Origin: an uncultured bacterium
GTDB taxonomy: Bacteria; Krumholzibacteriota; Krumholzibacteriia; Krumholzibacteriales; Krumholzibacteriaceae
Assembly: GCA_964422745.1 (NCBI GenBank)
Contig: CAYRCK010000004.1
Coordinates: 4,497 to 68,496 of the forward strand
Direction: 5' to 3'
Length of the DNA stretch: 64,000 nucleotides
Below the pieces are notes generated by a model. That model worked only from the letters and a program-made list of their open reading frames with translations. It was not told where the DNA came from and did no database searches. The translations under genes were made by a program, and so were the position numbers. Below, one piece after another: positions 19,858 to 29,469 of this stretch (positions within the stretch are counted from its first letter, which is position 1; each line of letters starts with the position of its first letter).

Positions 19858-21195
19858 ATGATTGAATTGAGAAACATAGTCGATTTGGCGCTGCAGCTGG
19901 CAACGAAAGCGGGCGTGGAATGTGACGTGTACGGTGAAAGCAGGAGGATGCTGCAGATTCAAGTCCACGGTGGAGAACTGGAGTCAGTGGACGACGCGGT
20001 TGACGCCGGTATCGGAATAAGGGTGGTTGATGGAGGAAGGGTGGGATTCTCCTTCACCAGCGATCTGGAAGGACAGGGTGTGGAGGCGTGCATCGACGAG
20101 GCGTCCCGGAATGCATCGAACAGCTCGCCGATGGACGCCGATGTCCTGGCGGATCCGGAAAAGGGTGAGCCGCCGGGTGAGGCCTACCCGGCATATCCGC
20201 AGGATGGCGGGACCGAAGCAAAGGTGGAAAAGGCCATAGAGATGGAACGGGCCTGTCTGAAGTTCGATTCCTCCGTCGTTAATACGGAGGATGCCGTCTA
20301 CAGCGAGTATACGGGTGATGTCGTCGTCGCAGGTACGAGAGGATTTTTCCGCGGGGAGAGGCGTGGCTACTGCTGCTGTTCCGTATCCGCTATTGCTCGA
20401 AGGGGGGACGAAACCCGGAGCGGATGGTTTTACAGCCAGGCTCTACATCCGAAGGACATCGATTTTGCCGGAACGGGGCATCGGGCGGCGGTGCTTGCCG
20501 TTTCCCTGCTCGGTGGAGAAAAGGCCCGGACCAAACGTTATGCTGTTGTAGTAGACGGTGCTGCATTCACAAGCATAATCAGCTTCATGGAACGGATACT
20601 ATCCGCCGAGATGGTGGTGAAGGGAACGTCCGTTCTCTCCGGTATGCTCGGCGAGATGGTATCGGCCGATGGGGTGACCCTGATAGATGATCCGTTCATG
20701 GCTGGCGGGTGCTTCAACGCCTGTTTCGACGCCGAGGGAATGCTCACGAGAAAAAACACATTAATAGAGTCGGGTGTGTTGAGAGGTTATCTCAGCGATG
20801 CGTACTCGTCCAGAAAGCTCGGTATGCATCCGGGGGCGAACGCCGTGAGGGAATCTTTCAAAGCGAGGCTGGCGCCCGGCCCCACGAATTTGTACCTGGC
20901 CCCGGGTATCAGGTCGATCGATGACATCGTCGCGGATCTAGACGAGGGCATAATAGTCCGTGATATTATGGGAATGCATACATCGGATCCGATATCGGGC
21001 GACTTCTCGGTGGGATTCAACGGTCATACGGTTCGCGCGGGAGTCGTGTGCGGGCCGGTTTGCGAGATGACCATGAGCGGCAATATCATCGATCTTCTGG
21101 GGGGAATCAAGGAAGTGGCCGGCGATACAACATTCATCGGACCATACGGTTCTCCTGCGGTGCTTGTGGAAGGTTTGAGCCTGGGCGGGACGTAA
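19858..21195 (+). CDS. TldD/PmbA-family metallopeptidase
   Basis: PmbA_TldD family domain architecture, 445 aa. Confidence 0.8.
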   Translation: MIELRNIVDLALQLATKAGVECDVYGESRRMLQIQVHGGELESVDDAVDAGIGIRVVDGGRVGFSFTSDLEGQGVEACIDEASRNASNSSPMDADVLADPEKGEPPGEAYPAYPQDGGTEAKVEKAIEMERACLKFDSSVVNTEDAVYSEYTGDVVVAGTRGFFRGERRGYCCCSVSAIARRGDETRSGWFYSQALHPKDIDFAGTGHRAAVLAVSLLGGEKARTKRYAVVVDGAAFTSIISFMERILSAEMVVKGTSVLSGMLGEMVSADGVTLIDDPFMAGGCFNACFDAEGMLTRKNTLIESGVLRGYLSDAYSSRKLGMHPGANAVRESFKARLAPGPTNLYLAPGIRSIDDIVADLDEGIIVRDIMGMHTSDPISGDFSVGFNGHTVRAGVVCGPVCEMTMSGNIIDLLGGIKEVAGDTTFIGPYGSPAVLVEGLSLGGT

Positions 21196-21204
21196 GGAGG
21201 TTTT

Positions 21205-22002
21205 GTGCATCCGGTATTGATAGAAATCGGAAGGTTCAAGATATATTCATATGGATTTATGCTTGCCGTCAGTTTCCTGGTCGGCATATGGTTCGCCGGG
21301 AAACGGGCACGCAGATATGGAATTCCGGAGAACAGCATGTACGACCTCAGTATAGTGCTGATACTGAGCGCCGTCCTGGGTTCCAGGCTTCTCTACATAT
21401 TCACGCATATAGACCACTACAGAAGCATCCTGGACGTGATAGCCCTTTGGCAGGGGGGTGCGACATTCTACGGGGGGCTAGTGCTGGCAGCAATCGGTGC
21501 GGTGGTCTTTCTCCGGATAAAGAGGATACCGTTCTTCAAGGTGGCGGATGTATGTTCGCCTTCGATCGGGCTAGGCATATTCCTTACACGCATAGGGTGC
21601 TTCCTGAGCGGTTGCTGCTTCGGTTTGCCCACTTCGTGTCCGTTCGGGCTCGTTTTTCCACCTGATTCTCCGGCCGGTTACGCCTACCAGGGAATCCGGA
21701 TCCACCCGACGCAGCTCTACTCGTCATTCTACGGGATCCTGATATTCATCCTCATCATGCTCATCGAGCGCAGGAAGAGATTTGACGGGTTTACATTCGC
21801 CTGGCTGTGCATACTGTATGGAATGTCGAGATTCATTGTCGATTTTTTCAGATACTACGAGAAGATCTCGATGTTCTGGGATGCCCTATCGGTGAATCAG
21901 CTTCTAAGCCTGGGACTCGTAATTGCCGGTGTCCTGCTTCTTGTCCTTCTGCGTCGCAGAACCGCCCCCGCCCTGGCTGTTCAGGATAAAGACCGCGCGT
22001 AG
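21205..22002 (+). CDS. lgt: Prolipoprotein diacylglyceryl transferase
   Basis: GTG start after AAGGAGG. Typical Lgt N-terminus (IGRFKIYSYGFMLAVSFLVGIWFAGKRARRYG) and the conserved Lgt glycine-rich motif region (GGATFYGGLV). Confidence 0.9.
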   Translation: MHPVLIEIGRFKIYSYGFMLAVSFLVGIWFAGKRARRYGIPENSMYDLSIVLILSAVLGSRLLYIFTHIDHYRSILDVIALWQGGATFYGGLVLAAIGAVVFLRIKRIPFFKVADVCSPSIGLGIFLTRIGCFLSGCCFGLPTSCPFGLVFPPDSPAGYAYQGIRIHPTQLYSSFYGILIFILIMLIERRKRFDGFTFAWLCILYGMSRFIVDFFRYYEKISMFWDALSVNQLLSLGLVIAGVLLLVLLRRRTAPALAVQDKDRA

Positions 22003-22029
22003 CGCCCGAAGCGTTCGTCGGCCTCATGG

Positions 22030-22914
22030 ATGTGTGGAGGGGTTGTAGTGAGGGGTCTCTTTATCTTTGTGCTGGAGACGCTGTTCCCGGAAAGCTGTAT
22101 AAACTGCGGCTGCACGATCCCACCGGGATCGCTTCAGGTGCCGTCGGTGATACCGGCCGGCTGGCCTGATTTCACCCTGGATTTCTTCGAGGCCGATATC
22201 TATAGGGAGCTCTTCGGATCGATCCGAGTACCGGCAAGGATCATGTGCCCGAGGTGCTGGATCGGGATATCTCCGGGTTTCACGGATGATCTTCTCGGGA
22301 GCACTGGATCCGATGAAGGGGAATTCTGCGACAGGTCGGATGATCTGAAGTGTTGCTCCTTCGCGGACCTAACCACAGGACGAGTGCCTCTGGTAACCCC
22401 CTTTTTCACAGATGAAATTCTGCTGGAACTTATTCATTTTCTTAAGTTTTCGGGTGGCAGGGCGGCTGTGGAGCCTCTCTCGTGGTGGATGGCGAAGGCT
22501 CTCGAAGCACATTTCACCACAACGGTATCAGGGTGGCCAGCATCGCCCATCCTCGTTCCCGTCCCACTCCATCGGTCGAGGGAACGCAGGAGGGGATACA
22601 ACCAGGCGGCGCTTCTGGCCGCCCGTGTCGCATCCAGGCTCGGACTTGCGACGGTAGGCTCACCCCTCGTAAGGGATAGAAAGACATCCCCCCAGTCGGC
22701 TCTCGATCGTCCGATGCGTGCGGATAACGTGTATCGTGCCTTCCGCCTCACAGGGGCAGAACTGATTGCAAATAAAGATATTATTCTAATAGACGATCTG
22801 GTGACGACGGGTGCGACGGCATTATCGTGCATCTCCGCCCTCTTAGAGGGTGGACCCTCGACGGTGACGGTGCTGGCTGCGGGGAGGGCCGGTGCGGCTA
22901 GATATCGTGTATGA
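22030..22914 (+). CDS. ComF-family protein (zinc-ribbon plus phosphoribosyltransferase domain)
   Basis: N-terminal Cys pairs (CINCGC...CPRCW). C-terminal PRTase motif ILIDDLVTTGATA. Confidence 0.7.
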   Translation: MCGGVVVRGLFIFVLETLFPESCINCGCTIPPGSLQVPSVIPAGWPDFTLDFFEADIYRELFGSIRVPARIMCPRCWIGISPGFTDDLLGSTGSDEGEFCDRSDDLKCCSFADLTTGRVPLVTPFFTDEILLELIHFLKFSGGRAAVEPLSWWMAKALEAHFTTTVSGWPASPILVPVPLHRSRERRRGYNQAALLAARVASRLGLATVGSPLVRDRKTSPQSALDRPMRADNVYRAFRLTGAELIANKDIILIDDLVTTGATALSCISALLEGGPSTVTVLAAGRAGAARYRV

Positions 22915-23018
22915 ACGGCTTATTGCCGGGTGTGGAAACGCTAGAAATCCGGTATTTCTTGACATTGATAATAATGGTATGTAACCATCACGGCAGAAGT
23001 TATAAGTCAAGGGAGGGA

Positions 23019-23945
23019 ATGGTGCTGAAAACGAACAGGGAACTGCTGAACGCGGCCAAGGATGGAGGGTATGCAGTCGGGGCTTTCAACGTGAACAATA
23101 TGGAGTTCGTCCAGGCGATCACCGAGGCCGCCGCCGAACTGGAAAGCCCGGCGATCATAGCGGTCTCTCAGGGAGCTATTAAGTACGCGGGATTGGGCAA
23201 TCTTGTCTCTATGGCGACGTTGGCAGCTCAAGAGAAGGGTGTATCCATTTCCCTTCACCTCGATCACGGTAAGGATATGGATGTTATCGAAAGATGCATT
23301 GATGGAGGTTTTACATCGGTGATGATAGATGGATCGCATCTCGGCTTCGAGGAGAACGCGGAGGTAACACGGAGGGTTGTAGAGATGGCTAAACCCGCCG
23401 GGATCTCGGTGGAAGGTGAACTTGGACGGCTGGCCGGAGTGGAGGATAACGTTTCCGTCGAGGAGCAGGACGCTCTGTTCACAGATCCCGCCGAAGCCGA
23501 AGAGTTCGTGCGGAAGACCGGTGTTGATTCGTTGGCCGTTGCGGTCGGAACATCTCACGGAGCCTACAAGTTCAAGGGCGAGGCCAGGCTTGCGATGGAC
23601 AGGCTCAGGATGATAGCATCGAGGGTCGATGTGCCTCTCGTTCTGCATGGCGCTTCGGGCGTAAACCAGGAGCACGTGGAGATCGCGAACAATTTCGGCG
23701 CTCGGCTGAGGGGTACAAAGGGGGTTCCTGACGAGGCTATCGCCGAAGCCGTGAAGCTCGGCATTTGCAAGGTGAATATCGATACGGACATGAGGATAGC
23801 CTTTACCGCGTATCTGAGAAAGAGCCTATCCGAAAGCTCCGATGTATTCGATCCGAGGAAATACTTGGGTGCGGCGAGGGAAGCGGTGAAGGAGACCGTC
23901 ATAAGAAAGATGAAGCTGTTCGGAAGCGATGGCAAGGCTTCCTGA
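23019..23945 (+). CDS. fba: Fructose-bisphosphate aldolase, class II
   Basis: RBS AAGGGAGGG before ATG 23019. MVLKTNRELLNAAKDGGYAVGAFNVNN...HLDHG class II FBA motifs. The 22911 ORF extension is probably not translated. Confidence 0.9.
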   Translation: MVLKTNRELLNAAKDGGYAVGAFNVNNMEFVQAITEAAAELESPAIIAVSQGAIKYAGLGNLVSMATLAAQEKGVSISLHLDHGKDMDVIERCIDGGFTSVMIDGSHLGFEENAEVTRRVVEMAKPAGISVEGELGRLAGVEDNVSVEEQDALFTDPAEAEEFVRKTGVDSLAVAVGTSHGAYKFKGEARLAMDRLRMIASRVDVPLVLHGASGVNQEHVEIANNFGARLRGTKGVPDEAIAEAVKLGICKVNIDTDMRIAFTAYLRKSLSESSDVFDPRKYLGAAREAVKETVIRKMKLFGSDGKAS

Positions 23946-23974
23946 ACGGGCGAGGCATGCAAAAGGAGGAAACG

Positions 23975-24976
23975 ATGGCTATAAATGTCGCAATCAACGG
24001 ATTCGGAAGGATAGGCAGGCTGGTATTTCGTCATGCGATTCAGGACAGGCGGTTCAACATGTTGGCCGTGAATGACCTTACCGACACGAAAACACTGGCC
24101 CACCTGCTCAAGTACGATTCGGTTCACGGTGGATTCCCCGGGACGGTCACAGCCAGAAATGACGGTTCACTATCGGTCAAGGGTAGAAGGATAAAGGTCC
24201 TTGCCGAAAAGGATCCTGCCGCCCTTCCGTGGGAAAAGCTAGGCGTGGATGTAGTGATAGAGTCGACAGGGCGCTTCCGGAAGCGTAAGGATGCGGCATT
24301 GCATCTTGGAGCGGGTGCGAAGAAGGTTATCATATCGGCGCCGTCGCCGGACCCGGACATAATGATCGTGATGGGCGTGAACGACAAGCTCTACAGGAAG
24401 AGGAAGCACCATATCGTCTCGACGGCTTCCTGCACTACGAACTGCCTCGCACCGATCGCAAAGATACTCAATGACGAGTTTGGCATTGCGAATGGGCTGA
24501 TGACTACCGTTCACGCGTACACGAACGACCAGAATGTGCTCGATTCTCCGCACAAGGACCTCCGGCGGTCACGGGCATGCGCCGTATCGATGATACCGAC
24601 GACTACCGGTGCCGCGGCCGCCGTTGGAGTTGTCATGCCCGAGCTCAAGGGCAAGCTCAACGGGATGGCCGTGCGCGTGCCCACTGCGGACGGCTCTCTC
24701 GTAGATCTCGTTGTCACTCTCAAGAAGGGAACGACGGTAGAGGCTTTGAATGAGGCGGTCCGCAAGGCCTCGGTCAGATCGATGAAGGGGATTGTGGAGT
24801 ACTGCGTGGATCCGATCGTTTCATGCGATATCATCGGGAATCCCAATTCGTCCATATTCGACAGCCTGGCGACCATGCAGATCACGCCGAGGGTGTTCAA
24901 GGTGCTATCTTGGTATGACAACGAATATGGATACGCGCTCAGGATGGTTGACATGATGAGGCTCTTGATCAAGTAG
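23975..24976 (+). CDS. gap: Glyceraldehyde-3-phosphate dehydrogenase
   Basis: RBS AAAGGAGGA before ATG 23975. MAINVAINGFGRIGR NAD-binding start, ASCTTNCLAP active-site Cys, 334 aa. Confidence 0.95.
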   Translation: MAINVAINGFGRIGRLVFRHAIQDRRFNMLAVNDLTDTKTLAHLLKYDSVHGGFPGTVTARNDGSLSVKGRRIKVLAEKDPAALPWEKLGVDVVIESTGRFRKRKDAALHLGAGAKKVIISAPSPDPDIMIVMGVNDKLYRKRKHHIVSTASCTTNCLAPIAKILNDEFGIANGLMTTVHAYTNDQNVLDSPHKDLRRSRACAVSMIPTTTGAAAAVGVVMPELKGKLNGMAVRVPTADGSLVDLVVTLKKGTTVEALNEAVRKASVRSMKGIVEYCVDPIVSCDIIGNPNSSIFDSLATMQITPRVFKVLSWYDNEYGYALRMVDMMRLLIK

Positions 24977-25012
24977 CGCGTCCGGTCGGAACAATACAAG
25001 GGAGGATGACAT

Positions 25013-26230
25013 TTGACGAAGAAGACACTCAAGGATGTCGACTTGAAGGGTCGGAAGCTGTTGATGAGGGTCGATTTCAACGTGCCGCTGTCGAAAGACG
25101 GCTTCGTCGCCGATGACACGAGGATCAAGGCCGCACTGCCCAGCATCGATTACGCGGCCCGGAAAGGGGCGTCTGTCGTGCTTCTATCGCATCTGGGCAG
25201 ACCAAAGGGCAAGATAGATCCTGCATCGAGCCTGAAGGTTGTAGCTCATCACCTGGCAGAGCTCACGAATTACCCCGTGAAATTCATTGATGATTGTGTC
25301 GGCGCCAAGGTCGAGAGTAAAGTTGCATCTCTAAATCCCGGTGAGATCCTGCTTCTTGAGAACGTGAGGTTTTATCCGGAGGAGACGGAGAACTCGCCTG
25401 AGTTCTCTGAGCAGCTATCCCGTATAGGTGATCTATACGCGAACGACGCATTCGGGACGGCTCACCGTTCTCATTCCTCTACGGAGGGAGTAACAAGGTA
25501 CTTCGGAGAGAAGGTAGCCGGTTTCCTGATGGAAAAGGAGCTCGATATCCTCGGAGGTCTTCTCGATAAGCCCCAGCGGCCTTTTGTAGCGATACTCGGC
25601 GGTGCGAAGGTCTCGACCAAGATAGGAGTGGTACGCAACCTGCTCGAGCGTGTGGACCGGATTCTGATAGGAGGCGGGATGGCCTTCACCTTCTTCAAAG
25701 CGGCCGGGCTGGATATCGGGAATTCGCTTGTCGACGACGAGTTTGTCCCCCTCTGCCGCGAGCTGATGGAAACGTCGAGCAGGGAAGGTACGAAGAGGAT
25801 ATTCCTGCCGGTAGACATAATAGTGGCCGAAAACATGGATAACGACGCCGCACACAGGCAGGTTTCTGTGGGGGACATACCCGAAGACTGGCTCGGTGTG
25901 GATATAGGTGTTAAGACGCTTGATCTGTTCGCAAAAGAGCTCGAAAACGCCAGGACCATATTCTGGAACGGTCCCATGGGTGTGTTTGAGATGCCGAACT
26001 TCGCCGAAGGCACGAAGAGGATCGCCAGGATGGTAGCCGATGCAACGGAACGCGGGGCTTCAACGATCATCGGTGGGGGGGACAGTGTGGCGGCGGTAAA
26101 CAGCATGAACCTGACGGACAAGGTTACGCATATATCGACGGGGGGCGGTGCGGCGCTCGAATATCTGGAGGGCAGGGAGCTGCCGGGGGTAGCCGTCCTT
26201 AGTGACAGGGACGTATCGATGAGGGTATGA
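25013..26230 (+). CDS. pgk: Phosphoglycerate kinase
   Basis: TTG start after GGGAGGA. RVDFNVP motif, hinge and C-domain motifs; 405 aa. Confidence 0.95.
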   Translation: MTKKTLKDVDLKGRKLLMRVDFNVPLSKDGFVADDTRIKAALPSIDYAARKGASVVLLSHLGRPKGKIDPASSLKVVAHHLAELTNYPVKFIDDCVGAKVESKVASLNPGEILLLENVRFYPEETENSPEFSEQLSRIGDLYANDAFGTAHRSHSSTEGVTRYFGEKVAGFLMEKELDILGGLLDKPQRPFVAILGGAKVSTKIGVVRNLLERVDRILIGGGMAFTFFKAAGLDIGNSLVDDEFVPLCRELMETSSREGTKRIFLPVDIIVAENMDNDAAHRQVSVGDIPEDWLGVDIGVKTLDLFAKELENARTIFWNGPMGVFEMPNFAEGTKRIARMVADATERGASTIIGGGDSVAAVNSMNLTDKVTHISTGGGAALEYLEGRELPGVAVLSDRDVSMRV

Positions 26231-26327
26231 AATCTTTTGATGGTCGTCCGCTCGTCATTCAGAAAAGCGAATGGCTCCGGGCGTTGATTCGTGCTCAGAC
26301 CTGCCTTCCGGCACCCTGAAAGGAACG

Positions 26328-27101
26328 GTGCGTAAAGTGAAGAAAAAGATCATAGCCGGTAATTGGAAGATGAATATGGACCACATCGAAGGAGCCGCGC
26401 TCGCGGGTGGGATCCTCTCACTGCTCGAGCAAAGGGAGAGCACAGCAGAACTCGTTGTGATCCCCCCTTATACAACGCTTCCATCGGTGGCGGAAGAGCT
26501 GAAGGACTCCGATGTGAAGCTGGGAGGGCAGGACGTATATTACGAGGTGGAGGGGGCGTTTACCGGGGAGATTTCCGGGAAGATGCTGCGCGCTCTGGGC
26601 TGCACGTATGTCCTCGTCGGTCATTCCGAGAGAAGGCATGTCATCGGTGAAAGCGGCGGGTTACTCTCTAAGAAGCTCAGAGCGGCGCTGGCGGCCGAGC
26701 TGCTGCCCATCTTCTGTGTTGGAGAGACCCTGGATGAGAGGGAGGGGGGACGCGCTTCGGACATCGTCAACAAGCAGGTCGGGGAGGTGCTCGAGGGATT
26801 GGGAGGCGGCGACATAGGGAGGATCGTCCTGGCGTACGAACCCGTTTGGGCTATAGGTACGGGCATTACCGCAACACCGCAGGATGCTTCCCATATGCAC
26901 GGTGTGATTAGAGAAATTATGGGCGAACTATTCGGAGGCAGTGTGGCCGAAGGTGTCCGGATCCTTTACGGAGGCAGCGTAAAACCCTCCAACGCGGCGG
27001 ATCTTCTGGGAGCGGCGGGCGTGGACGGGGTTCTTGTGGGAGGGGCTTCACTCGAGGCGGAGTCCTTCATGGGGATCGCCTATGCCCTCGAGCCTTCATA
27101 A
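26328..27101 (+). CDS. tpiA: Triosephosphate isomerase
   Basis: IIAGNWKMN start motif, HSERR, catalytic Glu in YEPVWAIGTG. Exact GTG start (26328 or 26337) uncertain; the upstream extension to 26271 is unlikely. Confidence 0.9.
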   Translation: MRKVKKKIIAGNWKMNMDHIEGAALAGGILSLLEQRESTAELVVIPPYTTLPSVAEELKDSDVKLGGQDVYYEVEGAFTGEISGKMLRALGCTYVLVGHSERRHVIGESGGLLSKKLRAALAAELLPIFCVGETLDEREGGRASDIVNKQVGEVLEGLGGGDIGRIVLAYEPVWAIGTGITATPQDASHMHGVIREIMGELFGGSVAEGVRILYGGSVKPSNAADLLGAAGVDGVLVGGASLEAESFMGIAYALEPS

Positions 27102-27161
27102 ACCATTTGACTGAAGCTTATTATTTCATTAAACTAATCATTTAAAGGGTGGAGCACAGGT

Positions 27162-27572
27162 ATGCTTTTTGATGTTTTTGTAGGAATACACATAGTAACT
27201 TGCATTCTACTGATAGTCGTTGTTCTGATGCAGTCTAGCAAGGGGGGCGGTCTATCCGGCGCGTTCGGAGGTGCCGGTGCCGGGCAGATGCTGGGAGGGC
27301 GTGAAGCGGCAACGTTCCTGAGCAGAGCGACCACCTATCTGGCTGTTATATTTATGCTTACTTCCCTTTCACTCGCTTTCATCTCCGCAGGCAGGGGGGG
27401 GGAGGAGCAGGAGAGTGTTCTGAGGCGTGCAGCTGAGAGAGAGGAATGGGGATCGATCATTCCCGAGGAGCAGACCGATATAGACGAAGTGCTGGGGAAC
27501 GTTCCGGAACCCACCGAGGCAGGAGGGGACACCGGGGGGACCGGTTCCCGGGATGCCGAGCCGGAGGAATAA
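27162..27572 (+). CDS. secG: Preprotein translocase subunit SecG
   Basis: Two TM helices, LMQSSKGGGLSGAFGG motif. tpiA-secG-tRNA-Leu synteny. Confidence 0.85.
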   Translation: MLFDVFVGIHIVTCILLIVVVLMQSSKGGGLSGAFGGAGAGQMLGGREAATFLSRATTYLAVIFMLTSLSLAFISAGRGGEEQESVLRRAAEREEWGSIIPEEQTDIDEVLGNVPEPTEAGGDTGGTGSRDAEPEE

Positions 27573-27599
27573 TTCGATACAATCGATAAGGATTCTTTT

Positions 27600-27683
27600 G
27601 CCGGGATGGTGGAACTGGTAGACACGCTACCTTGAGGAGGTAGTGGGCCAACGCCTGTGCGGGTTCGAGTCCCGCTTCCGGCA
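27600..27683 (+). tRNA. tRNA-Leu (anticodon GAG), class II with long variable arm
   Basis: Acceptor GCCGGGA/TCCCGGC. Anticodon stem CTACC/GGTAG with loop TTGAGGA. Long variable arm. T-arm GCGGGTTCGAGTCCCGC. Discriminator A; CCA not encoded. Confidence 0.85.
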
Positions 27684-27694
27684 TTTTTTTCACG

Positions 27695-27719
27695 GCGGGA
27701 CCTCGAGTCCCGCTTTTTT
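27695..27719 (+). terminator. Rho-independent terminator after tRNA-Leu
   Basis: Stem GCGGGAC/GTCCCGC with loop CTCGA followed by TTTTTT. Confidence 0.75.
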
Positions 27720-27865
27720 CGCGAATAACGAGAATCGGGGCTCTTCCGTATTATCACGAGCCGGCCGGCCGTGAAGAAATCCCTTTACATCAAGTGTAAG
27801 AATGGATTACCTTCTATTCCTATCAGCGCGACGCGGATTCTTGAACATGTGCCGGAAGGAGTTGG

Positions 27866-28348
27866 ATGGAGCTCGGGAACGTATTGCTATACGTATCACT
27901 GGGATCGGCTGTAATAGCTCTATTGGCGATCCTCTACCTCTTCAGGGAGATCAGGAGATTGAAGAGGCCGTTCCGGTCGATGGCCGAGATCTACGAGAAC
28001 CAGGGGGCCGAACAGTCAATCGAGGAGCTTTTCAAGGGCATTGACGAGAATCGCGAGTTCCTCCGCGCTCACTCAGACGAGCTGCAGAAGATCCTGGGCA
28101 GGGTGGATAGGTGCTACAGCGGTATGGGGATCGTCAAATACAACGCCTTCGAGGACATCGGGGGCATGCAGAGTTACTCCTTGTGCCTTCTGACAAGCGA
28201 GAGGAACGGATTGATAGTAACCAACCTGGTGGGCAGGAATTCGGCGCGTGGCTACGCCCTCGAGGTTGATGACGGGAAGCCCTCCCGCGAGCTCAGCGAA
28301 GAGGAATCGCAGGCCCTCGAAGCCGCCGTGCGTTATCTGTCTGCTTGA
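27866..28348 (+). CDS. DUF4446-like small membrane-anchored protein
   Basis: N-terminal TM, charged linker, C-terminal segment GIVKYNAFEDIGGMQSYSLCLL...LSEEESQALEAA matching the DUF4446 pattern as I recall it. Confidence 0.5.
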   Translation: MELGNVLLYVSLGSAVIALLAILYLFREIRRLKRPFRSMAEIYENQGAEQSIEELFKGIDENREFLRAHSDELQKILGRVDRCYSGMGIVKYNAFEDIGGMQSYSLCLLTSERNGLIVTNLVGRNSARGYALEVDDGKPSRELSEEESQALEAAVRYLSA

Positions 28349-28462
28349 AACAGCCCTGCCGATCTTACCATATGGCTGAGAAAGCCTTATCTCCGTTCAT
28401 AGGCTTTTGTCTCTCTGACGGGATTTTCAATAGTAAATGTGAGGAGCTCCGCACGAGGCGGA

Positions 28463-29449
28463 TCAATTCTTCTCTCTGTCCCTGGAGTAGTTATCCAGGA
28501 TCCTCTTCTCTGTCTCGGTCAGGTTGTCGTACCCTTTCGATGATATCTTGTCCAGGATGGAATCGATCTTGTCGGATTCACTCGATCGGCTGTTTTCCCC
28601 GTCCTGCACATTCCCCTTCCCTCCGTCGAAATGCACCTTCAGGGGGAACCGGCTCCAGATACTGCGCAGCTTGTTATGGAATTTCCAAGCCCTGTGGTCC
28701 GTTCTCATATAGATCAGTCCCGCCGCCATGCCTCCCAGGTGGGCGAAATGCGCAATCCCCGTTCCACCGCTGATCCCTCTAAGAAACTCTATTATGGCGA
28801 GCACTATTACCAGGGTTCTTGCACGAACGGGGAAGATCCCCCATACGTAGATCTGGTTATATGGGAATAGTACGGCGTATGCCAGCAGTATGCCGTAGCC
28901 CGCACCGGATGCTCCCAACACGACCGAGTTGTATGAGAAGATGAAGCTGGCCAGGGCTCCACCCAGGCCGCATACGAAATAGAACTTGAGGAAACGCTGG
29001 CTGCCCCATGTACGTTCCAGGGCTGAACCGAACATCCAGATGATGAGCATGTTGAGTGCGATGTGTGCCAGGTCCCCGTGGAGGAACATATACGTCACCA
29101 GCTGCCATATATATCCCCTGGTCACCACGAGTCTCGGGAACAGCGCGAAGAACGCCAGGAAGGATGTCCCCGAGAGCAGCAGCTGGAGTATGAAGACGAG
29201 CACGTTGGCCGCCACCATCTTTCTCACTACGCTTCCGTGAAAGAAATCCAACACTGGATTCGAAGAGTTCCTTCCATAGCCGTTGTACATAAACCGGTCA
29301 CTCCCGAAATAAGATTCAGATTGATAATAACGGATTTGCTGAAAATGGGCAACCATAGAACTCCGCGCCCGGTGGGTGATATACGGACTGAGAGCCGGCA
29401 AGCCAAGGACAAAAATGGGCTCGACTGTCGAGGTTGAGTTGTAGTACAC
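28463..29449 (-). CDS. Rhomboid-family intramembrane serine protease (GlpG-like)
   Basis: GASGAGYG catalytic Ser motif and AHLGGMAAG His motif, with 6-TM core. ORF opens at 29449, but the likely start is an internal Met (29356 or 29290). Confidence 0.75.
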   Translation of the reverse strand: MYYNSTSTVEPIFVLGLPALSPYITHRARSSMVAHFQQIRYYQSESYFGSDRFMYNGYGRNSSNPVLDFFHGSVVRKMVAANVLVFILQLLLSGTSFLAFFALFPRLVVTRGYIWQLVTYMFLHGDLAHIALNMLIIWMFGSALERTWGSQRFLKFYFVCGLGGALASFIFSYNSVVLGASGAGYGILLAYAVLFPYNQIYVWGIFPVRARTLVIVLAIIEFLRGISGGTGIAHFAHLGGMAAGLIYMRTDHRAWKFHNKLRSIWSRFPLKVHFDGGKGNVQDGENSRSSESDKIDSILDKISSKGYDNLTETEKRILDNYSRDREKN

Positions 29450-29469
29450 TCGCTATGAGGTGATGTAGA

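Noticed and set aside
22911-23018. N-terminal extension of the fba ORF (start at 22911)
   Set aside because: The extension has no similarity to aldolase, contains a promoter-like TTGACA region, and a strong RBS precedes the internal ATG 23019.
27666-27715. 13-bp direct repeat of the tRNA-Leu 3' end as possible att sites of an integrated element
   Set aside because: Repeats are only 37 bp apart and the second copy forms the terminator stem; there is no room for an element and no integrase gene nearby.
27335-27757. 140-aa minus-strand ORF
   Set aside because: Overlaps the secG 3' end, the tRNA-Leu gene and its terminator; not plausible.
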